Origin: Clostridia bacterium
GTDB lineage: Bacteria > Bacillota > Clostridia > Oscillospirales > Acutalibacteraceae
Reading direction: 5' to 3'
Assembly: GCA_035647435.1 (NCBI GenBank)
Contig: DASRNM010000014.1
Location: 1-55,549 of the forward strand
Length of the DNA stretch: 55,549 bases
Below the pieces are notes generated by a model, which did not search any database, was not told where the DNA came from, and saw only the letters and a list, made by a program, of their open reading frames with translations. The position numbers and the translations under genes were made by a program. Positions 1 through 7,935 of this stretch are shown here, piece after piece; position 1 is the stretch's first letter; each line of letters starts with the position of its first letter.

Positions 1-974
1 ACCTTATCCCACAAAAAAGTGCGGACATAAAGGTTATCATGAATAAGATAAACTCCAAGAGTGTTTGCGGAGAAAAAACTGATTGCCTTTGAAATTGAAC
101 GGTTGTTGAGTTTTATGTTCAAAAACAAAACGAACAAGGCAACACTTGCAAAATAAACGGGGAGAGAATTGTAAGTATAAAAGACTTTTGCGACATTTTC
201 AAGTGAGCTACTGCTGTTAGGGAAATAACACTTCAAAAGCCAATTAATTACAAAATAACTTGTCGGAACAATCACCGCAATCAAGGAATAAACAATCAAT
301 GATTTCTTTGCATTATATGTTGGTGAATAATGAAGCCTTAAATAAGCGGCGGTAATATATAAAACAATAAACCATACAACACCGTTCCCACCACCGAAAA
401 CCAAACCGCTACCGATGCCGATGTTAAGAAAAGAAGCAAAGCTAAAAATTAAAGGATAAATCGAAAACAAAAAGACAACGGTCATAATGCAGTATTTCAG
501 TTGGGCCTTTGACATTGCATTAACTGCCGTGTTCAAAAACGGTGATAAAATATACATGCTCACATAAACAGTTATGAACCAATAGCGGTTGAGAGTTGTT
601 GGGAACAATGCTTGGATAAAATGGTTGAGAGAGAAATCAATTTTATTTGTAGAAACAAAAATCAAATATATCGCAACCGAAAAGAAAAACACCTCACAAA
701 GAAGAATAAAAAGCTTTTTGAAATTGAATTTAGATTTTATACCGAAATAGCCGCCAATAAGAACATAGCAGTTGACAGCAACATAAGCAATCCCCTCCAA
801 AAACCACGAAAAATAGTATTGCAATGAGCCATACTCGACATTCGACAGCACTCCACCATGACCGAAAAAATGCAGTGTTATAATCATCAGCATTGATAAC
901 ACACGCAGTAATTCAATGTTTGCCTGGCGTATACCCTTGTTTTTGGCCGGGGCTAAGAGCGTTTTTTCACTCAT
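1..974 (-). CDS. Acyltransferase family 3 (OafA/YrhL-like membrane O-acyltransferase); the gene's 3' end runs off the window
   Basis: Absent from the supplied ORF track because it is open to the window edge. My own minus-strand translation starts at ATG 974-972, downstream of GGAGG (revcomp of 986-990). It reads MSEKTLLAPAKNKGIRQANIELLRVLSMLMIITLHFFGHGGVLS... and stays open to position 1. It has many hydrophobic segments, and the N-terminal ELLR-(hydrophobic)-H start is typical of acyltransferase_3 proteins. Confidence 0.75.
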   Translation of the reverse strand, partial: MSEKTLLAPAKNKGIRQANIELLRVLSMLMIITLHFFGHGGVLSNVEYGSLQYYFSWFLEGIAYVAVNCYVLIGGYFGIKSKFNFKKLFILLCEVFFFSVAIYLIFVSTNKIDFSLNHFIQALFPTTLNRYWFITVYVSMYILSPFLNTAVNAMSKAQLKYCIMTVVFLFSIYPLIFSFASFLNIGIGSGLVFGGGNGVVWFIVLYITAAYLRLHYSPTYNAKKSLIVYSLIAVIVPTSYFVINWLLKCYFPNSSSSLENVAKVFYTYNSLPVYFASVALFVLFLNIKLNNRSISKAISFFSANTLGVYLIHDNLYVRTFLWDK

Positions 975-1158
975 TTATTATTTGTCCTCCCCGAAATGTT
1001 TATTTTGATTATTTTAACATAAAACTCAAATTTGCTCAACACTTAAAAAATGATTATGTTTCAATGAGAGAATAAAGAACACTTTAAAACAACTTGTCTC
1101 ACAAAGAAATTTTATTGGGAAAAATGAAAAATTAATTGCAATTTATATCATTAAATGG

Positions 1159-1187
1159 TTGACACTTTCAAATTACTTTGATATAAT
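1159..1187 (+). promoter_or_regulatory. Consensus sigma-A type promoter for the lipoprotein gene
   Basis: TTGACA (1159-1164), an exact 17-nt spacer, then TATAAT (1182-1187), about 65 nt upstream of ATG 1253. Confidence 0.6.
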
Positions 1188-1252
1188 TACACCACATAAA
1201 ATAAGGATTTTTATACAAAAAATGATTAAAAGCCAAGGGAAGGTGTTTATAT

Positions 1253-2443
1253 ATGAGGAGACTCATAGCTATTGTTCTTGCATTATCGTTGTTTGTTTGT
1301 GCTTTCACTGCCTGCAAAGGTGATGAAGAGGGCACAACGGTGGAACTGACAGAGGCTTACGTTTCTGTTGAGGTGACCGTCGCAACCGTGAACGAAAACG
1401 GTGAAGTTTCGGCACTCAAGACAAATGACGGTGAAGATATTGTTATTAACGGAACAAACGGTGAGCAGGTTGTATTGTCGCAGGATAATATTTTATCCAC
1501 AGTGACAAATGCAGCAGGTAGCGTTTCGGGGATTAGAACTGTTGACGGTTATATCATCCCTGTCAAACAACTTGGGGACAAGCTTGTTGTAATCGAAGAA
1601 AACAACAAATGTGAAATACAGCTTGCAGATGAGGTAGAGGAAGAAACAACTACACAGCCCCCTCCTCCTCCAGCAACAACAAAACCAACAGCACCGAAAC
1701 CCATAAAACCAAAACCAACAGAAGCTAATAAAACGACAACCACACTGCCTGATAACGAACTTGAAGATCTTTTAGGAGAGGCTGGCATTAGCAAAAAAAC
1801 GGCCGAAGTTTTAAGCAAAAAGATACTTTCATACATGGTCTCCGAAGACGGGTATTTTTACACCGACGGTGACCCATGGCAGAGAAATTTTGGATTCAAT
1901 CCGCTTTATGATTTGTTTGCCCCGCTTACATTTATGTGGTATGACACGGTACGAGTTAAGTTTTCTTACCCTAAGGCCGACCCCGAAAACAATGTGAAGG
2001 GACTCGACTGGATGATACAAATGTGGAAAGGCCAGTACGGTTTTGCTTTCACAGGGTCTGAAATTGGTGTCTATACTAAAGACCCCGAGAGAAAAGAAAA
2101 TCACTATGACTGTGCAAGTAATGAGCATATGCTTGGAATGGAAATGACCCTTTACCATTTTGACGAAAAGGTTTTCACAAGGCCGAAAGGGACTTATTGG
2201 TGGATAACAGGGTTTGTGCCCCGCGTGCTCGAGAGCCGCACTTCCCCGAGGTCTGAGCTGACAATGATTGCTAAGATTGACTTTTTTAGCGCAGAAATGG
2301 CGAACTTGTTTGCGCAAGGTCTTAAAAAAGCGGGTTTTTATCCAACAGCCGTGGTGCTCAAAAACAGACCCGAGACTTATGTTTTAAGCGGTAAATCTGT
2401 CGAATTTGTTTGGAAAAACATTGATCAGAAGCTTGCCTCTTAA
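1253..2443 (+). CDS. Lipoprotein with a Pro/Thr-rich linker and a C-terminal domain of unknown function (tentatively DUF4474-like)
   Basis: Signal peptide plus lipobox MRRLIAIVLALSLFVCAFTAC. Linker ETTTQPPPPPATTKPTAPKPIKPKPTE. Trp/Tyr-rich C-terminal globular part (GDPWQRNFGFNPLYDLFAPLTFMWYD...). RBS GGGAAGG lies upstream. Confidence 0.7.
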   Translation: MRRLIAIVLALSLFVCAFTACKGDEEGTTVELTEAYVSVEVTVATVNENGEVSALKTNDGEDIVINGTNGEQVVLSQDNILSTVTNAAGSVSGIRTVDGYIIPVKQLGDKLVVIEENNKCEIQLADEVEEETTTQPPPPPATTKPTAPKPIKPKPTEANKTTTTLPDNELEDLLGEAGISKKTAEVLSKKILSYMVSEDGYFYTDGDPWQRNFGFNPLYDLFAPLTFMWYDTVRVKFSYPKADPENNVKGLDWMIQMWKGQYGFAFTGSEIGVYTKDPERKENHYDCASNEHMLGMEMTLYHFDEKVFTRPKGTYWWITGFVPRVLESRTSPRSELTMIAKIDFFSAEMANLFAQGLKKAGFYPTAVVLKNRPETYVLSGKSVEFVWKNIDQKLAS

Positions 2444-2475
2444 AATATAACAAATATTCAAAAAAAGATTAACCC

Positions 2476-2497
2476 TTGTCAATAATTCTATTGACAA
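2476..2497. promoter_or_regulatory. Perfect 9-bp inverted repeat (candidate operator) overlapping the -35 box
   Basis: TTGTCAATA-ATTC-TATTGACAA. The right arm contains the TTGACA -35 hexamer of the downstream promoter. No U-tract follows, so it is unlikely to be a terminator. Confidence 0.45.
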
Positions 2498-2519
2498 ACA
2501 TTATGTAGTATGATAATAT
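2491..2519 (+). promoter_or_regulatory. Sigma-A type promoter for the IPQTG-anchored protein gene
   Basis: TTGACA (2491-2496), a 17-nt spacer ending in TGA, then TAATAT (2514-2519). It places the transcription start downstream of the ORF-track ATG at 2510. Confidence 0.55.
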
Positions 2520-2578
2520 TAACCCTGAGCGAAATTGGCGTTTCGCAGTATATAATTAAACGAAAGGAATGTTCGGAT

Positions 2579-3232
2579 ATGAAAAAGGTATTAAGTGTTG
2601 TTTTAGCAATCGCCATGTGCACAACATTCTCAATGGGTGCGTTTGCGCTTGATATGGATGATATTTTAGGCTATTATGACACAGCAAAAGAAGCAGTTGA
2701 AGATTTTGTAAGCGGGAATCCAGTCCCTGAAGCGGGTGAGATTATCAATGAGGCTTATGAAAAGCTTTCTGGAATTATCGGTGGCTCAACAAACCTTGGC
2801 GATGTTATTGAACTAGTACCCGGCGTTGCAGCAGGCGATGTTAGCGGAATTATTGATATCATCACGAGTTCTATTGATTCTGATTCGCTCACAAGAGTTA
2901 TTGACGAAAGTGTTGACGCACTTAGATCTCTTGGGCTCATCAGTGGCGATGGTTTCGATCTTGCTGGTATTGACACAGACCTTGTTCCACAGTTCATGGA
3001 GTTTGTGTTTGATGGTCTTGAGTCGCTTGGCATTGACACTTCCGGTATGGAAGAGTATTTGACAAACAGCGAACTTCTTAACTTCTTTGCCTCTCTCTAT
3101 GTAGGTGGCGGTATTCCTGATACTGATATTCCCCAAACGGGTAATTCATCAACAGGCATAGTTGCAATCGCAGTTCTTGCTATTGCAGCAACAACAACCG
3201 CAGTAGTTTGCACAAAGAAAAAAGAAGACTAA
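2579..3232 (+). CDS. Acidic cell-wall-anchored surface protein with an LPXTG-like IPQTG sorting signal
   Basis: The internal ATG at 2579 gives signal peptide MKKVLSVVLAIAMCTTFSMGAFA. The C-terminus is IPQTGNSSTGIVAIAVLAIAATTTAVVCTKKKED: motif, hydrophobic span and basic tail. The ORF-track start at 2510 lies upstream of the predicted transcription start. Confidence 0.7.
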   Translation: MKKVLSVVLAIAMCTTFSMGAFALDMDDILGYYDTAKEAVEDFVSGNPVPEAGEIINEAYEKLSGIIGGSTNLGDVIELVPGVAAGDVSGIIDIITSSIDSDSLTRVIDESVDALRSLGLISGDGFDLAGIDTDLVPQFMEFVFDGLESLGIDTSGMEEYLTNSELLNFFASLYVGGGIPDTDIPQTGNSSTGIVAIAVLAIAATTTAVVCTKKKED

Positions 3233-3249
3233 GCGAAAAGTAAATACAA

Positions 3250-3281
3250 AAACACTCCGAATTTTATTCGGAGTGTTTTTT
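3250..3281. terminator. Bidirectional rho-independent terminator
   Basis: Stem ACACTCCGAA / TTCGGAGTGT with an A-run before and a T-run after. It sits between convergent genes that end at 3232 (+) and 3327 (-). Confidence 0.75.
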
Positions 3282-3326
3282 GATTAAGATTAAAACAAGC
3301 CCCCGTTGGCTAACTGTAAATGTAGT

Positions 3327-4019
3327 TTACTTTAAAGGCTTGCCCGTTTGAGCATCAACAATCTTTCGAAAAACGCCGATGTGAGAAGATGAAATATATT
3401 TATCAACATGAAGTGAACCGAAAAACCAGCGTTTAAACTCACATTGATTGCTTATTTCTTCAAAATAACTGTTAAGCCCTGATACCCTTATGTTTTTTTT
3501 ATCCTTGAGGTTGAGAAAACCCTTAATTTTCAAAGGCGGTTCATGAGTGATTATTAAATCTACCTTGCCGTTTGCTTTTTCAAGAGTGCTTGCGCCCTCC
3601 AAAAGCTCTTTTCTGCTTGGAATTTCACTGCTCGACCATGTGTTGTTATCAAATCTAATATCTATATCGGGGCTTTCGCCGCCGCCCATGGTGAAAACTT
3701 TTTGCCCTTCGATTTCATACATTTGACCTCGCATTAAGTGGTAAAGCTTGCCGCAAATGTTGTGTACCTTGCCCTTGTTCCACTCGCTGACTTCATATGC
3801 GTTTAGAAGTTTAAAATTTTCGTGTGTTCCGTCAATAAAACACACATTATATTTTTTCCTCCCGATTTTCTTGAGCAAGCGTTTTTCTTTTTTGCTATCG
3901 TCCCACAAAAAACCGAAATCGCCGCAAATAATAAGAGTGTCGCCCTTTTTAAGTTTTTTAAGCTGTGTTTGCTTAAAGCGCTTGATATCGCCGTGCATGT
4001 CCCCCGTGACATAAATCAT
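3327..4019 (-). CDS. Metallophosphoesterase (calcineurin-like Ser/Thr phosphatase family)
   Basis: Motifs GDMHGD, GDFGF, GTHEN and ITHEPP appear in the canonical order. Confidence 0.8.
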   Translation of the reverse strand: MIYVTGDMHGDIKRFKQTQLKKLKKGDTLIICGDFGFLWDDSKKEKRLLKKIGRKKYNVCFIDGTHENFKLLNAYEVSEWNKGKVHNICGKLYHLMRGQMYEIEGQKVFTMGGGESPDIDIRFDNNTWSSSEIPSRKELLEGASTLEKANGKVDLIITHEPPLKIKGFLNLKDKKNIRVSGLNSYFEEISNQCEFKRWFFGSLHVDKYISSSHIGVFRKIVDAQTGKPLK

Positions 4020-4144
4020 TATATTGGCCTCCCGATTACAAAAAACTGTTTATTTTTCTGTCAAAAACTGATATACTTATCAGTAGTCGTATTTTTCGTT
4101 TCAATCCCATATAACATAATACAATATTTTTAGGTGTGTTGTCC

Positions 4145-5533
4145 ATGAAAAAAGCAATAAACTTAATTTTATGTCTAATTCTTATAATTATAAGTGTGCC
4201 GAACCCATCAGCAGGTGCTTCTTTTAACACTTTGCTTGAAGGATTAGATACCCATTCGGAAATTTTGCTACTCGTCAGCCTTGATGATGGTAGCGTAGTT
4301 TTTGACAAAAACGCCGATAAGCAGACATCGCCGGCGTCCTTGACAAAAATCGTTACAGCTATGCTTGTTCTTGAAAACTGTGATGACCTCGATGAAGTTA
4401 TAACAATTCCGTCTTATACAATAAGAATGTTTGACGGATTGAACAGCTCGAATGCAGGGCTTATGCCCGGCGAACAAATAAGCATAAGGAACTTGATGTA
4501 TTGCCTTTTGGTGAAAAGTGCAAATGAGTCGGCGGCAATTCTTGCCGATTATGTGAGCGGTTCAGTTGCTGATTTTGTAGCGCTTATGAATGAATATGTT
4601 CAGGGGCTCGGCTGTAAAAATACGCAAATTATGAACCCGCACGGGCTTGATGAAGCAGGGCAGTACACGACGGCAAATGATATTGCGATAATTGTAAAGC
4701 ACGCAATCAGCAGTGCTTTTGCACAAAGGGATATATTTATAAAAATCACTTCAACAACAAAATATACCGTGCCCGCAACAAATTTGTCAGGAGAAAGATA
4801 TTTGCGTAGCACAAATTATTTGATGAACAGTGGAATTTCAGATTATTATTGTCCGTACGCAAAGGGAATAAAAACGGGGACAACAAAAGAAGCAGGCAGG
4901 TGTGTGGTTTCGACCGCAAGCAAAGACGGCTATTCATATTTAGGTATAGTGATGAGAGCTCCGTTTTATGACATTGACAATGATAATGTTAAAGAAAATT
5001 GTGCGTTTGTTGATTGCAAGCTCATGTTCAATTGGGCATTTGAAAACTTAAAACTAAAGCCTGTTGTTACACGAACACAGATTGTTACGGTTGTGGATTT
5101 GAAGCTTGCGAGCGGCACTGATGTTATAAGACTTGTCCCAGAAAAAGAAATATATGCCCTCGTGCCTTCGGGCGTTGGAGCAGACAATGTCTTGATTCAG
5201 CCAGTGGAAGGGAGCCTGCCTGAAACCATTGAAGCACCAGTGGAAAAAGGGCAGATTGTCGGACAGGCTGTTGTGCTGTATGCACACGAGCAGGTTGCAA
5301 AGGTCAACCTTGTAGCTGCAGAAAGCGTAGCGAGAAACCCCTTGCTTTATATGTGGAAAATGGTTAAGGTTGTCGCAAATACAACCGTTTTCAAGCTGAT
5401 AGCTATAATGATTTTTTTGATTCTTATTTTCTTTATTGTTTTGACAATATATATAAATTATAAAAAAAGACAAAAAAGAAAGTTGAGAGTTGTCAATTAC
5501 AGGGATGTCAAAAGTGGCAGAAGACGCCGGTAA
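4145..5533 (+). CDS. D-alanyl-D-alanine carboxypeptidase (S11, PBP5-type) with a C-terminal membrane anchor
   Basis: Signal peptide MKKAINLILCLILIIISVP. SxxK motif SPASLTK, SxN motif SANE, KTG motif KTGTT. C-terminal TM VFKLIAIMIFLILIFFIVLTIYI followed by a basic tail. ATG 4145 is preferred over GTG 4136. Confidence 0.85.
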   Translation: MKKAINLILCLILIIISVPNPSAGASFNTLLEGLDTHSEILLLVSLDDGSVVFDKNADKQTSPASLTKIVTAMLVLENCDDLDEVITIPSYTIRMFDGLNSSNAGLMPGEQISIRNLMYCLLVKSANESAAILADYVSGSVADFVALMNEYVQGLGCKNTQIMNPHGLDEAGQYTTANDIAIIVKHAISSAFAQRDIFIKITSTTKYTVPATNLSGERYLRSTNYLMNSGISDYYCPYAKGIKTGTTKEAGRCVVSTASKDGYSYLGIVMRAPFYDIDNDNVKENCAFVDCKLMFNWAFENLKLKPVVTRTQIVTVVDLKLASGTDVIRLVPEKEIYALVPSGVGADNVLIQPVEGSLPETIEAPVEKGQIVGQAVVLYAHEQVAKVNLVAAESVARNPLLYMWKMVKVVANTTVFKLIAIMIFLILIFFIVLTIYINYKKRQKRKLRVVNYRDVKSGRRRR

Positions 5534-5616
5534 AATTAATGCCTGTCTTGACATTTTGTGGTCATTAGAACCTATATATAGAACTTAAGTTGACAAGCAG
5601 GTCAACGGAGGTAAAA

Positions 5617-6417
5617 ATGGTTATAGATTTTCATACACATTGTTTTCCAAACAAAATTTCAAATAAAGCTATTGATATTCTGTCAAAGAAATCGGGCAAC
5701 ATACTGCCCGAGCACATGGGTGATGTTGACTCGTTGCGTTCAAAAATAAAACAGATGGGCGCCGACATGGCTGTTGTTCAGAACATTTCCACAAACCCGA
5801 AACAGCAGAGCTCGGTCAATGATTACGCAATACGAATAAATCAGTTTGAAAATTTAGTATCTTTCGGTAGCGTGCACCCCGATTCACCCGATGCACTCGC
5901 TGAGCTTGAAAGAATAAAGGAGAGCGGTCTTAAGGGTATTAAGTTTCACCCCGATTATCAGGGATTTTTTGTTGATGAAAAAAAGATGATTCCTTTATAC
6001 GAAAAGGCCGCCGAATTAGGGCTTATAACACTTTTTCATTCTGGAGTAGATATAGGATACCCTGACCCGATTCATTGTACCCCTAAAGCCCTAAGAAGCG
6101 TTTTGCATTATTTTTATGGGGCTCCTGTTGTGGCTGCGCATATGGGTGGCTGGCTTTGCTGGGCGGGGGTTTTGGAGCACCTCGTGGGAGAGGACATTTA
6201 TTTTGACACAGCTTACAGTCATGCGAAAATGCCCCCCGAATGGGCGCTTGAAATTATAAATTCACACCCAAAACAAAAAATACTTCTCGGCAGTGATATG
6301 CCGTGGAGCAGAACGGACAATGAAATTTCATTTATAAAAAGCTTAGGCCTTTCTACCGAACACGAAAATATGATTTTGGGTGAAAATGCTGAAAAGTTAT
6401 TAGGATTAAATAAATAA
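5617..6417 (+). CDS. Amidohydrolase-family (TIM-barrel metal-dependent hydrolase) protein
   Basis: Starts MVIDFHTHCFP (HxH metal motif) directly after a GGAGG RBS. Later His/Asp motifs are present (HPDYQG, AAHMGG, GSDMPW). The ORF-track TTG at 5590 is rejected in favour of ATG 5617. Confidence 0.75.
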   Translation: MVIDFHTHCFPNKISNKAIDILSKKSGNILPEHMGDVDSLRSKIKQMGADMAVVQNISTNPKQQSSVNDYAIRINQFENLVSFGSVHPDSPDALAELERIKESGLKGIKFHPDYQGFFVDEKKMIPLYEKAAELGLITLFHSGVDIGYPDPIHCTPKALRSVLHYFYGAPVVAAHMGGWLCWAGVLEHLVGEDIYFDTAYSHAKMPPEWALEIINSHPKQKILLGSDMPWSRTDNEISFIKSLGLSTEHENMILGENAEKLLGLNK

Positions 6418-6424
6418 ACTTGAA

Positions 6425-7789
6425 TTAAATTTTTTTAGTCATGTAGCTTTTGAGTTCTCTGTTCACTTGACCTGAAAGCATTATTACCGCAAAGAGGTTA
6501 GGGATAGCCATTAAACCATTAAGAGTGTCGGAGATAATCCAAACAGTATCGAGCCTTGAAACGCAACCTATAACAGTAGCAATCAAAAACAGTGCTTTAT
6601 AAACAGGTACGCTTTTAAGACCAAAAAGATACTCGGAGCCTTTTTCACCGAAATATGACCAGCCGATAAGAGTGGCGAAAGCGAACAGGATTATTGAGAT
6701 GCAAACAAAATAATCGCCTGCCACCCCGAAAACGCTTGAGTATGCGGCGCTGCTCAGAGCTACACCGTTGAGTGAACCCTCGGGTGAAAAAACACCTGTT
6801 GAGAGAATAACAAAAGCCGTAACTGTGCACATTACAATTGTGTCGAGAAAAACTTCGGCAATTCCCCACATTCCTTGAATTGACGGCTCTTTTACATCTG
6901 CTGCGGCGTGAATAATGGCAGTGCTTCCGAGCCCTGCCTCGTTTGAGAAAACACCTCGAGAAACCCCGAAGCGTGCAGCCCTAGCGATTTTGTAGCCTGC
7001 CGCTCCACCTGCAACAGATTCAAATGAAAAGGCTTCTCTAATAATCAGTGAAAAAACTGACGGGATTTTTTCTATATTTATAAACAGCACAATCATCGAC
7101 GCAACTATAAATATGCAAGATATTAGGGGTATGAGCTTTTCCGTTACACCTGCAATTCTTTTTATACCGCCTATTATCACAAGCCCGACGACTGCGGCTG
7201 TCACTAGGCCCGTAATCAAGGGTGAAAGTTTAAACGAGCCTTCAACCGCTTGAGCAATGGAGTTTGCCTGTGTCATGTTGCCGATTCCGAAAGAGGCTAG
7301 CACGAGCAAAACAGAAAAAATTGTTGCCATGCTTTTCGAGCCTAACCCACGTTGTATGTATATCATTGCTCCGCCAATCCATTCGTTTCGGCTGTTTTTA
7401 TATCTGTATTTAATGCCGAGAATGTTTTCCGCACAACAGGTCATCATGCCCAAAAAAGCGGAAAGCCACATCCAAAAAATTGCGCCCGGTCCACCTGCAA
7501 ATAAAGCTGTCGCAACGCCGACGATGTTCCCGGTGCCCATGCAAGCGGCAAGCGCGGAGGAAAGTGCCTGAAATTGCGAAATCGAGTTACTGTCCTGTGT
7601 TTTTCTAACATTTTTGTCCCGAAATACTGCTAAAAGCGTTTGTCCGAACCATAGTTTTATGTGGCGTAGTTGAAAAAACTTTGATTCTATTGAAAGAAAC
7701 AAGCCCACTGATAAAAAGACAGTTAGCATAGGGACGCCCCATACAAGGGAGCTTAATCTTTCATTTGCATAAAGCAGATGTTCGAGCAT
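6425..7789 (-). CDS. Sodium:alanine symporter family (AGCS) amino acid carrier
   Basis: Polytopic membrane protein with the AGCS signature region GTGNIVGVATALFAGGPGAIFWMWLSAFLGM. ATG 7789 follows GGAGGAG; the ORF-track start at 7849 has no RBS. Confidence 0.8.
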   Translation of the reverse strand: MLEHLLYANERLSSLVWGVPMLTVFLSVGLFLSIESKFFQLRHIKLWFGQTLLAVFRDKNVRKTQDSNSISQFQALSSALAACMGTGNIVGVATALFAGGPGAIFWMWLSAFLGMMTCCAENILGIKYRYKNSRNEWIGGAMIYIQRGLGSKSMATIFSVLLVLASFGIGNMTQANSIAQAVEGSFKLSPLITGLVTAAVVGLVIIGGIKRIAGVTEKLIPLISCIFIVASMIVLFINIEKIPSVFSLIIREAFSFESVAGGAAGYKIARAARFGVSRGVFSNEAGLGSTAIIHAAADVKEPSIQGMWGIAEVFLDTIVMCTVTAFVILSTGVFSPEGSLNGVALSSAAYSSVFGVAGDYFVCISIILFAFATLIGWSYFGEKGSEYLFGLKSVPVYKALFLIATVIGCVSRLDTVWIISDTLNGLMAIPNLFAVIMLSGQVNRELKSYMTKKI

Positions 7790-7935
7790 AATCTCCTCCA
7801 AAACAATTGGTGAATCGACAATATTTTTAATTCGTATTGTAAAACACATTAAAGTATGACATGATATATATCATAAAAGAAAAGTTGAATAACAAATGGA
7901 TGCTTGTTAATAAGTATTCTGAAAGGGTGTTTTAA

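Noticed and set aside
612-1075. Plus-strand ORFs 612-827 and 893-1075 from the ORF track
   Set aside because: They lie antisense to, or overlap the start of, the long open minus-strand acyltransferase_3 frame (1-974). Their composition is Lys/Asn-rich or otherwise odd, and neither has an RBS.
1549-2317. Minus-strand ORFs 1549-1836 and 1829-2317
   Set aside because: They are antisense to the lipoprotein gene. The first is a low-complexity mirror (GGGG/VVV) of the Pro/Thr linker.
2510-2578. 5' extensions offered by the ORF track (e.g. 2510, 5590, 7849, 10824, 14492, 21900, 27316, 32130, 38585, 42116, 43448, 47125, 50949, 52091, 53130, 55011)
   Set aside because: In each case an internal start is preceded by a well-spaced GGAGG-type RBS and gives the canonical N-terminus, whereas the extension overlaps the upstream gene or the RBS itself.
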